Part shown: piece by piece, positions 1-9,925 of the stretch
Layout: each line of letters begins with the position of its first letter
Numbering within the stretch: position 1 is the first letter of the stretch
Source of the DNA: Candidatus Poribacteria bacterium
GTDB taxonomy: Bacteria > Poribacteria > WGA-4E > WGA-3G
NCBI GenBank assembly: GCA_009841255.1
Contig: VXMD01000030.1
Location: 27,148 to 91,147 of the forward strand
Direction of reading: 5' to 3'
DNA: 64,000 bases
Notes under the pieces: generated by a model
Database searches by the model: none
The model's input: only the letters and a program-made list of their open reading frames with translations
What the model was told of the DNA's origin: nothing
Translations under genes and position numbers: made by a program

Positions 1-2
1 AA

Positions 3-1574
3 GAGGAGCAGTTCGCCGGTGTTGTTGATGTCATACAGATGGCGGCTTATCTGCAACCCGATGGAAGTAAGCGTGCAGCGAAATCCGAAATACCCACAGA
101 CTTGGAGACACAGGCTGAAGAAACTCGCGAAGCACTCGTTGAAGTTGCTGCAGAAAGTGACGATGAACTCATTGAGAAGTTTTTTGAAGGTGAACTATCG
201 GATGAAGAGATTCAGAACGGCTTGCAACTTGGGATTTTCGAGAACCAGTTTACCCCTGTGCTTTGCGGCGCTGCCTTGAACAATATCGGCGTACAGCAAT
301 TGATGGACACATTACTGACGGGTTGTCCATCTCCGGTCGATGTAGGCACAGTTACATCTACAGAGAATGAAGAGGACAGCCGCGAGCCCTCACTGGATGC
401 ACCGATGTCGGCTGTTGTATTCAAATCAATTGCCGATCCGTTTGCAGGACAATTGAGCTTCTTCCGTGTCTATTCCGGTACGCTGGAAGGGGATACGCAA
501 GTCAGCAATTCAACGCGAGGACAGGTGGAACGTCTCGGAAAAACGGCGTTCATGAATGGCAAGGATTCGATCAATACCCCACAGGTACAAGCTGGAGATA
601 TCGGCGCACTCACGAAACTCGCCGCGACCCAGACGGGGGACACGCTCTGCGACAGAGATGCCCCTATTCAACTTCCAGGGGTCGAGTTCCCCAATTCCAC
701 CATCTCTTATGCCATTCATCCGACGCGCGAGGGCGACGATGAAAAGTTGATGACATCACTCACACGGATGTCCGAAGAAGATCCGACGTTTAGGATCGAG
801 CGCAACGAAGTTACCAAACAGCTCCTCATCTCCGGGCTTGGAGACCTGCACATCAACATCAATCGGGAACGAATGGCAGACAAATTCGGGGTTGAGACGG
901 AAGTCTCACCGCCAAAAGTCCCGTATCGGGAAACAATTCGTCGCAGTGTTCGAAGCGTCCAAGGCAGACATAAACGTCAATCCGGTGGGAGAGGGCAGTT
1001 CGGTGATGTTACGATTAACCTCGCCCCCTTACAACGCGGTGAGGGCTTTGAGTTTGTTAACAACATCGTCGGCGGTGCGATCCCGCGTAACTATATCCCG
1101 GCTGTCGAGAAAGGCATCCGTGAGAGAATGGATAGAGGTTTACTCGCAGGCTTCCCAGTCGTCGATATCCAAATTGATCTCTTTGATGGTAAGTACCATC
1201 CTGTCGATTCTTCGGATATGGCGTTCCAGATCGCGGGTTCTATCGCCTTCGCTGCCGCTGCAGAAGAAGCCGATCCGTGTTTGCTCGAACCGGTCATGAG
1301 TGTCGATATCACGGTGCCTGAACAGTTCATGGGCAGCATCATCGGCGACCTGAATGGACGACGTGGACAGGTAATGGGTGTCGAACAGATAGGAAGAAAG
1401 CAAGTAATTCAGGCGAATATTCCTTTGTCGGAAATGCTCCGGTATTCCATTGATCTCAAGTCGATGACGAGTGCGCGTGGCACTTTCATCATGGAGTTCT
1501 CGCATTACGAGATTACACCTGATGACGTTGCGCAGAAAGTAATCGCTGCGTCGAAAACCGAAGAGGAAGAGTAG
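3..1574 (+). CDS. Elongation factor G family GTPase, 5'-partial (G domain lies left of the window)
   Basis: The frame is open to the left edge. The translation (..IEKFFEGELSDEEI.., ..FFRVYSGTLEGD.., ..ISGLGDLHINI.., ..MEFSHYE..) matches EF-G domains II-V. Tracked ORF 39..1574 is the internal-Met version. Confidence 0.85.
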   Translation, partial: EEQFAGVVDVIQMAAYLQPDGSKRAAKSEIPTDLETQAEETREALVEVAAESDDELIEKFFEGELSDEEIQNGLQLGIFENQFTPVLCGAALNNIGVQQLMDTLLTGCPSPVDVGTVTSTENEEDSREPSLDAPMSAVVFKSIADPFAGQLSFFRVYSGTLEGDTQVSNSTRGQVERLGKTAFMNGKDSINTPQVQAGDIGALTKLAATQTGDTLCDRDAPIQLPGVEFPNSTISYAIHPTREGDDEKLMTSLTRMSEEDPTFRIERNEVTKQLLISGLGDLHININRERMADKFGVETEVSPPKVPYRETIRRSVRSVQGRHKRQSGGRGQFGDVTINLAPLQRGEGFEFVNNIVGGAIPRNYIPAVEKGIRERMDRGLLAGFPVVDIQIDLFDGKYHPVDSSDMAFQIAGSIAFAAAAEEADPCLLEPVMSVDITVPEQFMGSIIGDLNGRRGQVMGVEQIGRKQVIQANIPLSEMLRYSIDLKSMTSARGTFIMEFSHYEITPDDVAQKVIAASKTEEEE

Positions 1575-1658
1575 ACTATCGAAAAGTCCATCACTGACGC
1601 GACACTCGACGTCATTCCAACATAGAAACGCTTTAAAGCGTATATTCAAACAAAGCAT

Positions 1659-1692
1659 AAACCCGCTGCTGATACATGTCAACAGCGGGTTT
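1659..1692. terminator. Putative bidirectional hairpin terminator between convergent genes
   Basis: A 10-bp inverted repeat aaacccgctg / cagcgggttt with a 14-nt loop lies between the EF-G stop (1574) and the aldehyde dehydrogenase stop (1716). Confidence 0.5.
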
Positions 1693-1715
1693 ACATTTAA
1701 GTTGAATGTTCGCGA

Positions 1716-3134
1716 TTAGCTATCTAAATGGAAGATCGCCATCTTCAATTCAGTCATTTCTTCTATGGCGTATTTCGGACCCTCTTTTCCCATACCGCTC
1801 TCTTTGACGCCGCCATACGGCATCAGATCCGCGCGCCACTGTGTGCCCCAGTTCACCATCAGGTTGCCAGATTCGACCTCACGGACAAACTTCATTGCCC
1901 AATCCACATTCTGCGTAAAGATGGCGGCACTCAGCCCGTAGTTCGTATCGTTGGCGAGAGCGATCGCTTCGTCGATGTCGTTAACGCGCGTTACACCGAC
2001 TGCCGGTCCGAAAACCTCATCACAAGAAATCTTCATCTCCGGCTTGACGTTGGCAAGGATGGCAGGCGTAACGAATTGATCCTGCTTATCTCCACCGGCG
2101 AGGAGTTCCGCGCCATCGGCGACAGCCTCCTGAATCCATTCAGCAACGCGAGTCGCATCGCCTTCCCGAATCATCGGTCCCATCCGCGTTCCTTCGGCGA
2201 GAGGGTCACCGGTGCTGATTTGAGCGACTTCCGCCTGGAACGCATCTAAGAAATCACCGTAGATTTTTTCATGTGCGATGACGCGCTGCGTTGAGATACA
2301 GACCTGTCCCGCATTAGAATAACCGGATGCCGCTGCTGCACGCGCAACTTTTTCGGGATCCGCATCGGGCATGACAATGAGCGGTGAATTCGAGCCGAGT
2401 TCCATCGTGACACGCTTTAATCCTGCGACCTTACAGATATGTTCACCGACATCACGGCTACCGGTAAAGGTAATTTTTCGGACGCGCTGATCTGCACAAA
2501 GGGTATCACCGATCTCGCCACCGGGTCCCGTCACACACTGAATCGCCTCAGGCGGTGTCCCCGCTTCCAAAAAGAGTTCCACGAGTTTTAGAGCCGAGAG
2601 GGGTGTATCCGTCGCGGGTTTGATGATAATAGCATTTCCACCAGCGATTGCGGGACCCGCTTTGTGGCAGACAAGGTGCAACGGAAAGTTGAACGGACTA
2701 ATACCGGCGACGATACCACACGGCATGCAGACTGTAAAGCCGAGTTTGTCTTTGACCCCAGGCGCGCCTTCAAGAGGAATCGTTTCACCGGTTAAGCGTT
2801 TTGCCTCCTCCGCAGAGAGGGCAATAATTTCAGAAGCGCGCGTCGCTTCAATTGTCGCCTCGGCAAGGATTTTCCCTTCCTCGCGAGTGATAACTTCAGC
2901 GAGTTCACCTGACCGTTCCACCATCAAGTCCGCAACTTTGCGCAGGATTTCGTAGCGTTCATAGCCGGTCATCCCCGCCATGATCTTTGCGCCACGTTCC
3001 GCTGTCTGAATAGCGGTTTCAACGTCGGCTGCGTTCCCTCTGGGAACAGTGTCAACAACTGAACCGTCGAAGGGACTCAGTACGTCAATTTTATCGGATT
3101 TATCAATCCATTCTCCACCTACGTGCATTTGCAT
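1716..3134 (-). CDS. NAD(P)-dependent aldehyde dehydrogenase family protein
   Basis: Carries the motifs ELGSNSP and GQVCISTQR (catalytic Cys) and the FTGS region. The tracked start at 3188 is TTG. ATG at 3134 is preferred because GGAG lies ~10 nt upstream. Confidence 0.85.
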   Translation of the reverse strand: MQMHVGGEWIDKSDKIDVLSPFDGSVVDTVPRGNAADVETAIQTAERGAKIMAGMTGYERYEILRKVADLMVERSGELAEVITREEGKILAEATIEATRASEIIALSAEEAKRLTGETIPLEGAPGVKDKLGFTVCMPCGIVAGISPFNFPLHLVCHKAGPAIAGGNAIIIKPATDTPLSALKLVELFLEAGTPPEAIQCVTGPGGEIGDTLCADQRVRKITFTGSRDVGEHICKVAGLKRVTMELGSNSPLIVMPDADPEKVARAAAASGYSNAGQVCISTQRVIAHEKIYGDFLDAFQAEVAQISTGDPLAEGTRMGPMIREGDATRVAEWIQEAVADGAELLAGGDKQDQFVTPAILANVKPEMKISCDEVFGPAVGVTRVNDIDEAIALANDTNYGLSAAIFTQNVDWAMKFVREVESGNLMVNWGTQWRADLMPYGGVKESGMGKEGPKYAIEEMTELKMAIFHLDS

Positions 3135-3349
3135 AATGCGTCTTCTCCATTTCGTCTTCGACACACGGTGTGTGGGAAACCAGTACAAGCACTCTCCCTA
3201 CAGCACACGGATGTGCCTGCTCTATAAACATGCCACCCTTACAGGGTTCAGTTTCCGAGAGGGAAACCGTTCGGTCTTGGTGAGAACCTGCCCATAATGT
3301 AATGGAGGGCAGCCCAGGCGGCTATAGTTAAAAAACATTCTGATTTACC

Positions 3350-4354
3350 TTAGACTCGACAATTATCAAGTGCATCCTCGTCCAATTCAACCCCTAACCC
3401 AGGTTTATCTGGAATCGTTGCGTATCCATCAACAAGCGGAATCGTTGAAGGCGTAACAAGGTCAAAAGCGCGCAAAGCATTCAGCGTAATCGCAGGCAGG
3501 GTTGCATTCGGCATCACTGAGGCGAGATGCATAACGTAACAGGTTGTAATGCCGAGCTCGACAATTTGTATCCATACCGGCAGATGTGCGGCATTTGAAA
3601 TAACCGCCTCCTGTATAGCATTGGCAGCGCGTGAGTCCGGATAAGCGATAATAAACGAATCGTTCATATTTGCTCGTATTGCTTCAATGGGATCGGGGTT
3701 GCCGAAGTGAATTGTTATCGGCATATCGGTGTGTCGCTTGATCTCTTGGTATCCGGTAATATCGGCTTGTGGAATCGGCGTTTCAAATGACTCTATATTG
3801 TAATCTTGAAGTCGACGTGCAACTTCAAGGGTACGCTCCGGGGTTTCAAACGAGTCATTTGCATCGACGCGGAGTCGATAATCATCTGGCACAACCGCTG
3901 CGATTGCTTCTACCTGCTCAAGTACTTCAAACCACGGACGGGCTTTGATTTTGTGGAGCCGGTAACCGAGCGCATAAGCGTGCTTCGCCTCTGCCGCCCA
4001 TTCTTCTGGAGTCATATCAATCGACCAGTAACCGAATTGCGTTTTGTCGTGAACTTTTTCACCTAAAAGCTGATGTACCGGCACGCCAAGTGCCTTCCCC
4101 ATAATGTCGTAAAAAGCCTGTTGGAGGGGGGTCGGTGCCCAGCCGTTCACAAACTCAAATGGATTTCTACCGATATAGCGTTGAATAACTTCATCCGCCT
4201 GAAATGCCCCATCGCCTATTCCGACGAGTCCTACATCCGTGTGCACCTTGTAGACGTAATCAATTTGGTAAAGGTTTCGACGCGTCATGAGTTCATAAAT
4301 GCCTTCATGATACGGTACTCTTACTTCGATAACGTCAATCTGTGTAATCTTCAT
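3350..4354 (-). CDS. Enolase superfamily enzyme (mandelate racemase/muconate lactonizing family)
   Basis: Shows the N-terminal capping pattern MKITQIDVIEVRVP, KIKARPW, the metal ligand region RLRVDANDSF, and ESFETPIP. Confidence 0.75.
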   Translation of the reverse strand: MKITQIDVIEVRVPYHEGIYELMTRRNLYQIDYVYKVHTDVGLVGIGDGAFQADEVIQRYIGRNPFEFVNGWAPTPLQQAFYDIMGKALGVPVHQLLGEKVHDKTQFGYWSIDMTPEEWAAEAKHAYALGYRLHKIKARPWFEVLEQVEAIAAVVPDDYRLRVDANDSFETPERTLEVARRLQDYNIESFETPIPQADITGYQEIKRHTDMPITIHFGNPDPIEAIRANMNDSFIIAYPDSRAANAIQEAVISNAAHLPVWIQIVELGITTCYVMHLASVMPNATLPAITLNALRAFDLVTPSTIPLVDGYATIPDKPGLGVELDEDALDNCRV

Positions 4355-4368
4355 ATTTTCACCGTGAA

Positions 4369-4821
4369 TTACTCATCACGCCGGATCCAACTAACGATAT
4401 CCTCCGCCTCACCTGTTCCACCTTCAACACCATCACTACCGAAAGAGATGAGATCGTACCCGTACCGGTCGTGGTTACCGGGGCGAACATAGATATAAGG
4501 ATTGCCCCACGGATCTTCCGTGATCGGGATCTGAATATAGGGCTCTACCCAGTTTATGGGTCTTGGGGGTGCTTCAGGCCTCTCCCAGAGTGCCTTTAAT
4601 CCCTGTTCAGTTGACGGATAATCGCCATTATCTTTGGCGTACCTATCCAGAGCGATACCAAGCGTTTCAATATCCTCAGCGGCTTGTGCTTGCAACGCTC
4701 GCCCCGCCTGTCCGAGCAGCCGAGGTGCCAAAAGGACAGCCGCAATAATTCCGAGAACGATGACGACAATTAAGATTTGTATTGATGTTAATCCTGCTTG
4801 TTTAGAATCGATCGATTTCAC
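4369..4821 (-). CDS. Type II secretion pseudopilin GspG-like protein (orphan)
   Basis: Has a prepilin-like N-terminus KQAG/LTSIQILIVVIVLGIIAAVLLAPR, then DIETLGIALDRY..DNG.YP and DPWGNPYIY. The GTG start has GGAGG 8 nt upstream. Confidence 0.7.
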   Translation of the reverse strand: MKSIDSKQAGLTSIQILIVVIVLGIIAAVLLAPRLLGQAGRALQAQAAEDIETLGIALDRYAKDNGDYPSTEQGLKALWERPEAPPRPINWVEPYIQIPITEDPWGNPYIYVRPGNHDRYGYDLISFGSDGVEGGTGEAEDIVSWIRRDE

Positions 4822-5210
4822 GTATTTTCCTCCACTAACCTAACATAGCAAATTGGCTATCGGCTTCCAGCCATTTTTTAAGTGTAGCACATCCGCCGAA
4901 TTCTGTCAATCTTAAAAAATCCTTGACAGTTCCGACCAGGCGGTATATCATGACGTATTAGATTTACCATGCTCATGATGTCTGGAACACTGTCCTACCC
5001 ATAAGGCATTGAGGGAGGTCCTCGGTTTCACCCATAAAAACGCCGGGGCTTCACAATTCACAATTCTTTTCACAGATAGATACCAAAACCTTAGAACAGA
5101 CGTTGATTCGGTGGGCGCCTCATGCGCTACAGCGCATCCAGACGACCTCGCAAGAAGGAAGGTGAACGTATGACTCTACCCAAGAAGGTGCTTGTTATCT
5201 GAAAATAAAT

Positions 5211-5239
5211 TTGACTTTCTTCTAAAAATAGGGTATATC
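5211..5239 (+). promoter_or_regulatory. Sigma70-like promoter candidate for the UPF0261 gene
   Basis: TTGACT-17 nt-TATATC, about 95 nt upstream of ATG 5332. A second candidate, TTGACA-17-TATCAT, lies at 4923..4951. Confidence 0.35.
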
Positions 5240-5331
5240 TATAATACATCGTGGCGGTGGATACAATCTTCCGCTTAGCACAGACATTTCTGAATGGTAA
5301 GGAATCTATGAGACAGTGGAGGGATTCGGGC

Positions 5332-6582
5332 ATGGCAGGTATAACATCAAGTTTTGACTTGCAAGCTGCGTCAAAAAGGGTTTGCATTGTCGGTACAATG
5401 GACACGAAGGGTTTGGAATTCGCGTTTATCAAAACACAGATAGAAGCAACCGGGACCTCAACGTACGTTATGAATACGGGTATATTGGGAGAACCCGGAT
5501 TAACACCGGATGTTTCTGCAGATGAGGTCGCGCAAGCAGGGGGTTCGTCGCTTCAGGCATTGAGAGATGAAGGAGACCGAGGTAACAGTGTCGCTGTAAT
5601 GGCACAGGGTGCTGCTACCCTCATTGCTGAAAAACAGGCGGCAGGCGAAATTGACGGGATTATTTCACTTGGTGGTTCCGCAGGCACTACCATCGGCACC
5701 ACGGCGATGCAGGCAGTTCCAGTGGGTGTCCCGAAAATTATGGTATCGACCTTGGCATCGGGCGACACGAGTCCGTATGTTCAATCCAAAGACATAACGA
5801 TGATGTACTCTGTTGTGGACATCGCCGGTATTAACCGATTGTCACGGCAGATTCTCGCCAACGCCGCTGGCGCGATTGTTGGAATGGTCAACGCGGAAAT
5901 GCCGGAGGCAACGGCGGACAAACCTCTCATCGCGGCGACGATGTTCGGTGTGACAACGCCATGCGTTACAAAAGCGATGGAAATTCTTGAAGCCGCTGGC
6001 TATGAAGTTCTCGTCTTTCACGCAACCGGCACGGGTGGGCAAGCGATGGAAGATCTCGTCAAAGGGGGTTTTCTCGCCGGTGTGTTAGATGTGACAACAA
6101 CCGAGCTTGCTGATGAATTGGTCGGTGGGGTACTCAGTGCCGGTCCCGATCGATTGGAAGCCGCCGGAGAATCTGGACTGCCTCAAGTTATTGCGCCGGG
6201 TGCCTTGGATATGGTGAATTTCGGTCCCCCCGATACAGTGCCAGAGCAGTTCGGCGATCGGTTGTTCTATCAGCACAACCCAACTGTGACACTGATGCGG
6301 ACAACCGCTGAAGAGACTGCTGAACTCGGACGCATCATGGCGCGTAAACTCAGTGAAGCACAGGGACCTACAACAGTTATTATTCCGACCCAAGGTGTAT
6401 CTGCGATTGACAAAACAGGGCAACCCTTCGACTCCCCCGAAGCGCGTACCGCATGGAGCGAGAATCTGAAGGCACACATCGGTGACAATGTAACGGTTAT
6501 TGAGATGGACGCTCACATCAATGACGACGCGTTCGCAACAAAACTCGTAGAAACGTTGTTAGCGGGTATAAGGAAAAATTAA
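5332..6582 (+). CDS. UPF0261 / Tm-1-like ATP-binding family protein
   Basis: Contains VCIVGTMDTKGLE near the N-terminus and MVSTLASGDTSPYV. The tracked start 5251 is GTG. ATG 5332 has GGAGGG 8 nt upstream. Confidence 0.7.
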   Translation: MAGITSSFDLQAASKRVCIVGTMDTKGLEFAFIKTQIEATGTSTYVMNTGILGEPGLTPDVSADEVAQAGGSSLQALRDEGDRGNSVAVMAQGAATLIAEKQAAGEIDGIISLGGSAGTTIGTTAMQAVPVGVPKIMVSTLASGDTSPYVQSKDITMMYSVVDIAGINRLSRQILANAAGAIVGMVNAEMPEATADKPLIAATMFGVTTPCVTKAMEILEAAGYEVLVFHATGTGGQAMEDLVKGGFLAGVLDVTTTELADELVGGVLSAGPDRLEAAGESGLPQVIAPGALDMVNFGPPDTVPEQFGDRLFYQHNPTVTLMRTTAEETAELGRIMARKLSEAQGPTTVIIPTQGVSAIDKTGQPFDSPEARTAWSENLKAHIGDNVTVIEMDAHINDDAFATKLVETLLAGIRKN

Positions 6583-6634
6583 AAACTGACCAGTGATTTA
6601 TGTGATGGGCCTTGAGAAAATACCAAAGACCACA

Positions 6635-6797
6635 GCCTGCAACAATACGCAGAAATACGCAGAAATACGCAGAAACGCCCAAGCAAAAACTTTCTTCGTA
6701 TTGGATTTCAGCGTTCGCAAAAACACGCAGGCAGATTTACGGCGGCTAACATTGTTTAATCAATCCACCTGACCGAACCGCAAGGAATAATTAAAAA
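6635..6797 (+). repeat. Mosaic intergenic leader repeat ending in CCGCAAGGAATAATTAAAAA directly before the ATG
   Basis: The distal part (gcctgcaacaatacgcag...ttggatttcagcgttcgcaaaaacacgcaggc) is near-identical to the reverse complement of 57061..57135. The proximal part (ccacctgaccgaaccgcaaggaataattaaaaa) recurs at 29670, 52953 and 55107. It also contains a 3x 10-nt tandem (acgcagaaat). Confidence 0.85.
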
Positions 6798-7703
6798 ATG
6801 GCGAAAACTTATAGGACACTCACCCAAGCAGATATTAACCATTTTATTCAGAAGGGACATGTCATCTTGAAAGACTGCTTTCCGCGCGAGTTGGCAGAAG
6901 AATGGCGAGCCTTCGCTTTTAAACGGCTCGGTTATGATCCAGATGACCCGATGACTTGGGAAGAACCCCGCGTTCATCTGCCCTCTATGAACAGGGTGCT
7001 GATTGAGGATGTTGCACCGAGGGCGTGGGATGCCATCTGTGATCTGCTCGGCGGTGAAGACAGGATTATCAATTTTTGGGGCGACTCAAAGCCGGGGTGG
7101 AGCGACGGTTTTATTATTAACTTTGGATTAGGCGCGGACACGCCTTGGCAACCGCCTTCTTCAGAAGTCGGTGGGTGGCATAAAGATGGCGATTTCTTTC
7201 GTCATTTCTTAGATAGCCCGGAGCAGGGTTTGCTCACAGTCGTCGTCTGGTCGGATATCTATCCAAAAAGTGGTGGGACATTTGTGGCGTGCGATTCAGT
7301 CCAGCATGTCGCACGGCGGCTGTATGAACATCCAGAAGGGTTGTTGCCTGGCGGTTTCGGTCAACTCATTGACAAATGCCAAGATTTTGTAGAAATCACG
7401 GGAAACGCAGGCGATGTGGTGCTGTTGCATCCATTCATCTTGCACGCCGCTTCGCAGAATCCTTCGGGACGCGCCCGTTTCATCACGAACCCGCCTGTTT
7501 CTCTCAAGGAACCGATGAATTTCAATCGTGAAAATCCAGACGATTTCTCACCGGTGGAGTTAGCGGTGCTGCACGGCTTACGGAAAGACCGCTTGGATTT
7601 CAAACCGACAGCACCGCGGGAACGCTTAGTACCGGAGCGCGTCAAGCGTCAGCAGAAGATGCTCGAAGAGCAGAAAAAGCGGCTTGAAGCTGATTCCAAT
7701 TAA
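6798..7703 (+). CDS. Phytanoyl-CoA dioxygenase (PhyH) family Fe(II)/2OG oxygenase
   Basis: The N-terminus LTQADINHFIQKGHVILKDCF, the GGWHKDGD (HxD) motif and VLLHPFILHAAS are typical of PhyH-like proteins. Confidence 0.7.
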   Translation: MAKTYRTLTQADINHFIQKGHVILKDCFPRELAEEWRAFAFKRLGYDPDDPMTWEEPRVHLPSMNRVLIEDVAPRAWDAICDLLGGEDRIINFWGDSKPGWSDGFIINFGLGADTPWQPPSSEVGGWHKDGDFFRHFLDSPEQGLLTVVVWSDIYPKSGGTFVACDSVQHVARRLYEHPEGLLPGGFGQLIDKCQDFVEITGNAGDVVLLHPFILHAASQNPSGRARFITNPPVSLKEPMNFNRENPDDFSPVELAVLHGLRKDRLDFKPTAPRERLVPERVKRQQKMLEEQKKRLEADSN

Positions 7704-7724
7704 TGAGAAGTCAGTGTCCGGTTC

Positions 7725-8357
7725 TCAATGCGCCAGTCCGTCATGTTGCGCATAAAATCTGACTTCCCGAATCACAATGTCCTCAAAGGGCACTTTAATT
7801 TTCTGCGTCAGAGGTTCTCGCTCGGCGTGTGCTAAATCCCGATTCGCGTGGATAGTCAGTTGCAGCCAACGCACGGGTCTGTTGATATCAATTCGGATAA
7901 CCGCTCCATTTTCGGATCTCGCGATCTTGTGACTTCTGACAGGTTCAAACAGATGTTTTCCAGGATGATTTTCTGCGGGCGTTGTGTGTACCAAAAGACG
8001 GTAGATGTTTGAAACGGGATGTACCTCAATGTAGGCAATAGGGGTCAGCGTGTCAAGTTGAATCCACGCCTCAGTCTTATTTCTGCCTTCCAACCAGTCG
8101 CCATACCGTCTCGGAACAACTCCAGTCCGCCTCGTGCCACCTCCGCCAATGTAATCCTTTTCAACCATACCCTTTACCTTGAGGATACCGGTTGTGGCGA
8201 GGTTACCATCAACGAGTCTTGGATATGCCTCACATGACAGATGTGATGCGGCTATCCGTTTGGGAAGTGGCTGATATAAGGAGGCACAACCGATGAGGAA
8301 AAGGCACGTCAGACCTACGATCAACACAAATGGGGTTGTTGTGAAAATGCGGTTCAT
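7725..8357 (-). CDS. Lipoprotein, hypothetical (possible discoidin/galactose-binding-like fold)
   Basis: Signal peptide with lipobox LIGC. The DGNLATTG motif resembles F5/8-type-C domains. AAGGAG lies upstream of the ATG. Confidence 0.5.
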   Translation of the reverse strand: MNRIFTTTPFVLIVGLTCLFLIGCASLYQPLPKRIAASHLSCEAYPRLVDGNLATTGILKVKGMVEKDYIGGGGTRRTGVVPRRYGDWLEGRNKTEAWIQLDTLTPIAYIEVHPVSNIYRLLVHTTPAENHPGKHLFEPVRSHKIARSENGAVIRIDINRPVRWLQLTIHANRDLAHAEREPLTQKIKVPFEDIVIREVRFYAQHDGLAH

Positions 8358-8523
8358 TTTTCAATCTCCTTTTCTCGTGAGTTGTTTGATAATTCACCAG
8401 AATTCTCAGCAGTTGGTAACGAAAAATCTCTTTCTCCGGTTTACATCCCACAGAAAAACAGAGGTATTCAGCCTATTGACCGCCACAACTTTCTTTCCAA
8501 CCCCACCGAACTCCCTAACTACC

Positions 8524-8557
8524 GAAAAATGAAAGCCCCTGTCGAAACGATAGGGGC
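8524..8557 (-). terminator. Rho-independent terminator of the 8631..9836 gene
   Basis: On the minus strand, GCCCCU-11 nt loop-AGGGGC is followed by UUUCAUUUUU, 75 nt after the stop codon. Confidence 0.6.
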
Positions 8558-8630
8558 ATTTATAGTGGATTACGAAAATAGATAGACACTTCAGCGAACA
8601 GCAAATGCGAAACACAAGGACGAATATAAC

Positions 8631-9836
8631 TTAGGCATCAAACTGAGTTCGACTCTGACGACACGCCGTGCCTTTGCCCCGAATAATATCCGCTTGCTGC
8701 CACGTATCAACGGCACCGCAAATAGCATCACTCTCACCGAGACATTGTTTGAGTTCAGATTTTGTGAACCATTCACAACCCTTATCGGCGAGGACATTGA
8801 TATCTAAGTTTTCGTCGGAAAAGCCGTAGATACGACAGATGCCCTCTTCCCCCTCAACATCCTCAATATACGACATCCAAGAGACGTCTAAACCGAGTTG
8901 GGTTTGGGTGAGATCTTGAAGTGAACCGATCCGTGCGCCGACATCCCAACCGACACCTTTCTCCTCTTCCCAACCTTCACCTCCCGGCAATTCCCAAGAA
9001 TTTGTTTCGGCATCGCGGCGGAGCAAGAATTTCGATTCCTGACTCGATGAATCCTCAACCAGCAGACGCGTCGTTGCAATCGGCTTGTCAAAGCAAACGG
9101 GAATGAGACGCTTCCCATCGTCGCTCAATGCGTCCAACGCGGCGGGATTGTAAGGATAATACCCTGCGGCGGGCGGTGCGTCAATAGCACAATATTTATT
9201 GAAAATCCCACATCGGTCTTCAGTTGTGGTGCCAGGAGGTGCCTCGTGCCAGACATGCTCGTTGACGACAAGTAAGTCCCCTGCTTTGAGTTCGGGATCA
9301 ATGAAATCGGGCAACTGCTCTCGATCGGGACGCGTGAGGTCCAAGATATGTGCATCCGGATCGATCACCTGTGTCAACTTGTGTGATTTGGGTGACACCA
9401 AGAAGGGACCGTACGCCGTATCGAAATCGGTCAGTGGAATGATAGCGAACACCCAATTCATCGATGAACCGACAGGTCGCCAGCGTTTGTAGTCGCAATG
9501 CGCCCTACCCCCTTTATCGCCGGATGTCCGCAAATACGCGACATAAGCAGTGAGATGCGCCGGTTGACCGAGCGCAGATTCCACGGCACCGATAACCGTC
9601 GGATGTTCGGCAATCTCGGTGAGTCCAGGGTCAGCGAGACGGTTGCCACTCACCGTATATTTCGCTGGCTCAGGGTATTTAAGCGTCGATGGATAGGCAT
9701 CGCGTTTCACCTCTTCTTGGACGACGTGCCGAAGCTCATCTGCCTCTTTCGCGGATAAGACATTTCGCAGAATAACATAGCCGTCTTCATGATAATCGGC
9801 GATCTGCTGCTCACTGAGAGATGGGATTATTGTCAT
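8631..9836 (-). CDS. PhyH-family dioxygenase fused to a C-terminal degenerate Nudix-like domain
   Basis: The N-terminal 270 aa carry LSEQQIADYHEDGYVILRNVL, HCD (HxD) and VWHEAPPG. The C-terminal ~130 aa carry SWELPGGEGWEEEKGVGWDVGARIGSL, which resembles a Nudix box lacking the REx2EE glutamates. GGAGG lies before the ATG. Confidence 0.6.
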   Translation of the reverse strand: MTIIPSLSEQQIADYHEDGYVILRNVLSAKEADELRHVVQEEVKRDAYPSTLKYPEPAKYTVSGNRLADPGLTEIAEHPTVIGAVESALGQPAHLTAYVAYLRTSGDKGGRAHCDYKRWRPVGSSMNWVFAIIPLTDFDTAYGPFLVSPKSHKLTQVIDPDAHILDLTRPDREQLPDFIDPELKAGDLLVVNEHVWHEAPPGTTTEDRCGIFNKYCAIDAPPAAGYYPYNPAALDALSDDGKRLIPVCFDKPIATTRLLVEDSSSQESKFLLRRDAETNSWELPGGEGWEEEKGVGWDVGARIGSLQDLTQTQLGLDVSWMSYIEDVEGEEGICRIYGFSDENLDINVLADKGCEWFTKSELKQCLGESDAICGAVDTWQQADIIRGKGTACRQSRTQFDA

Positions 9837-9859
9837 AATGCAAACTCCTCCTCTTTAGA

Positions 9860-9925
9860 ATAGCAAGTTTTGGCTGGCAAGCCGCGCCACCGCTCATAGC
9901 AAGTTTTGGCTGGCAAGCCGCGCCA
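9860..9925. repeat. Tandem duplication (30 bp exact, period 36) of the 3' end of the GNAT gene
   Basis: atagcaagttttggctggcaagccgcgcca occurs at 9860..9889 and again at 9896..9925. The second copy encodes the GNAT C-terminus ..ILARLASQNLL. Confidence 0.9.
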
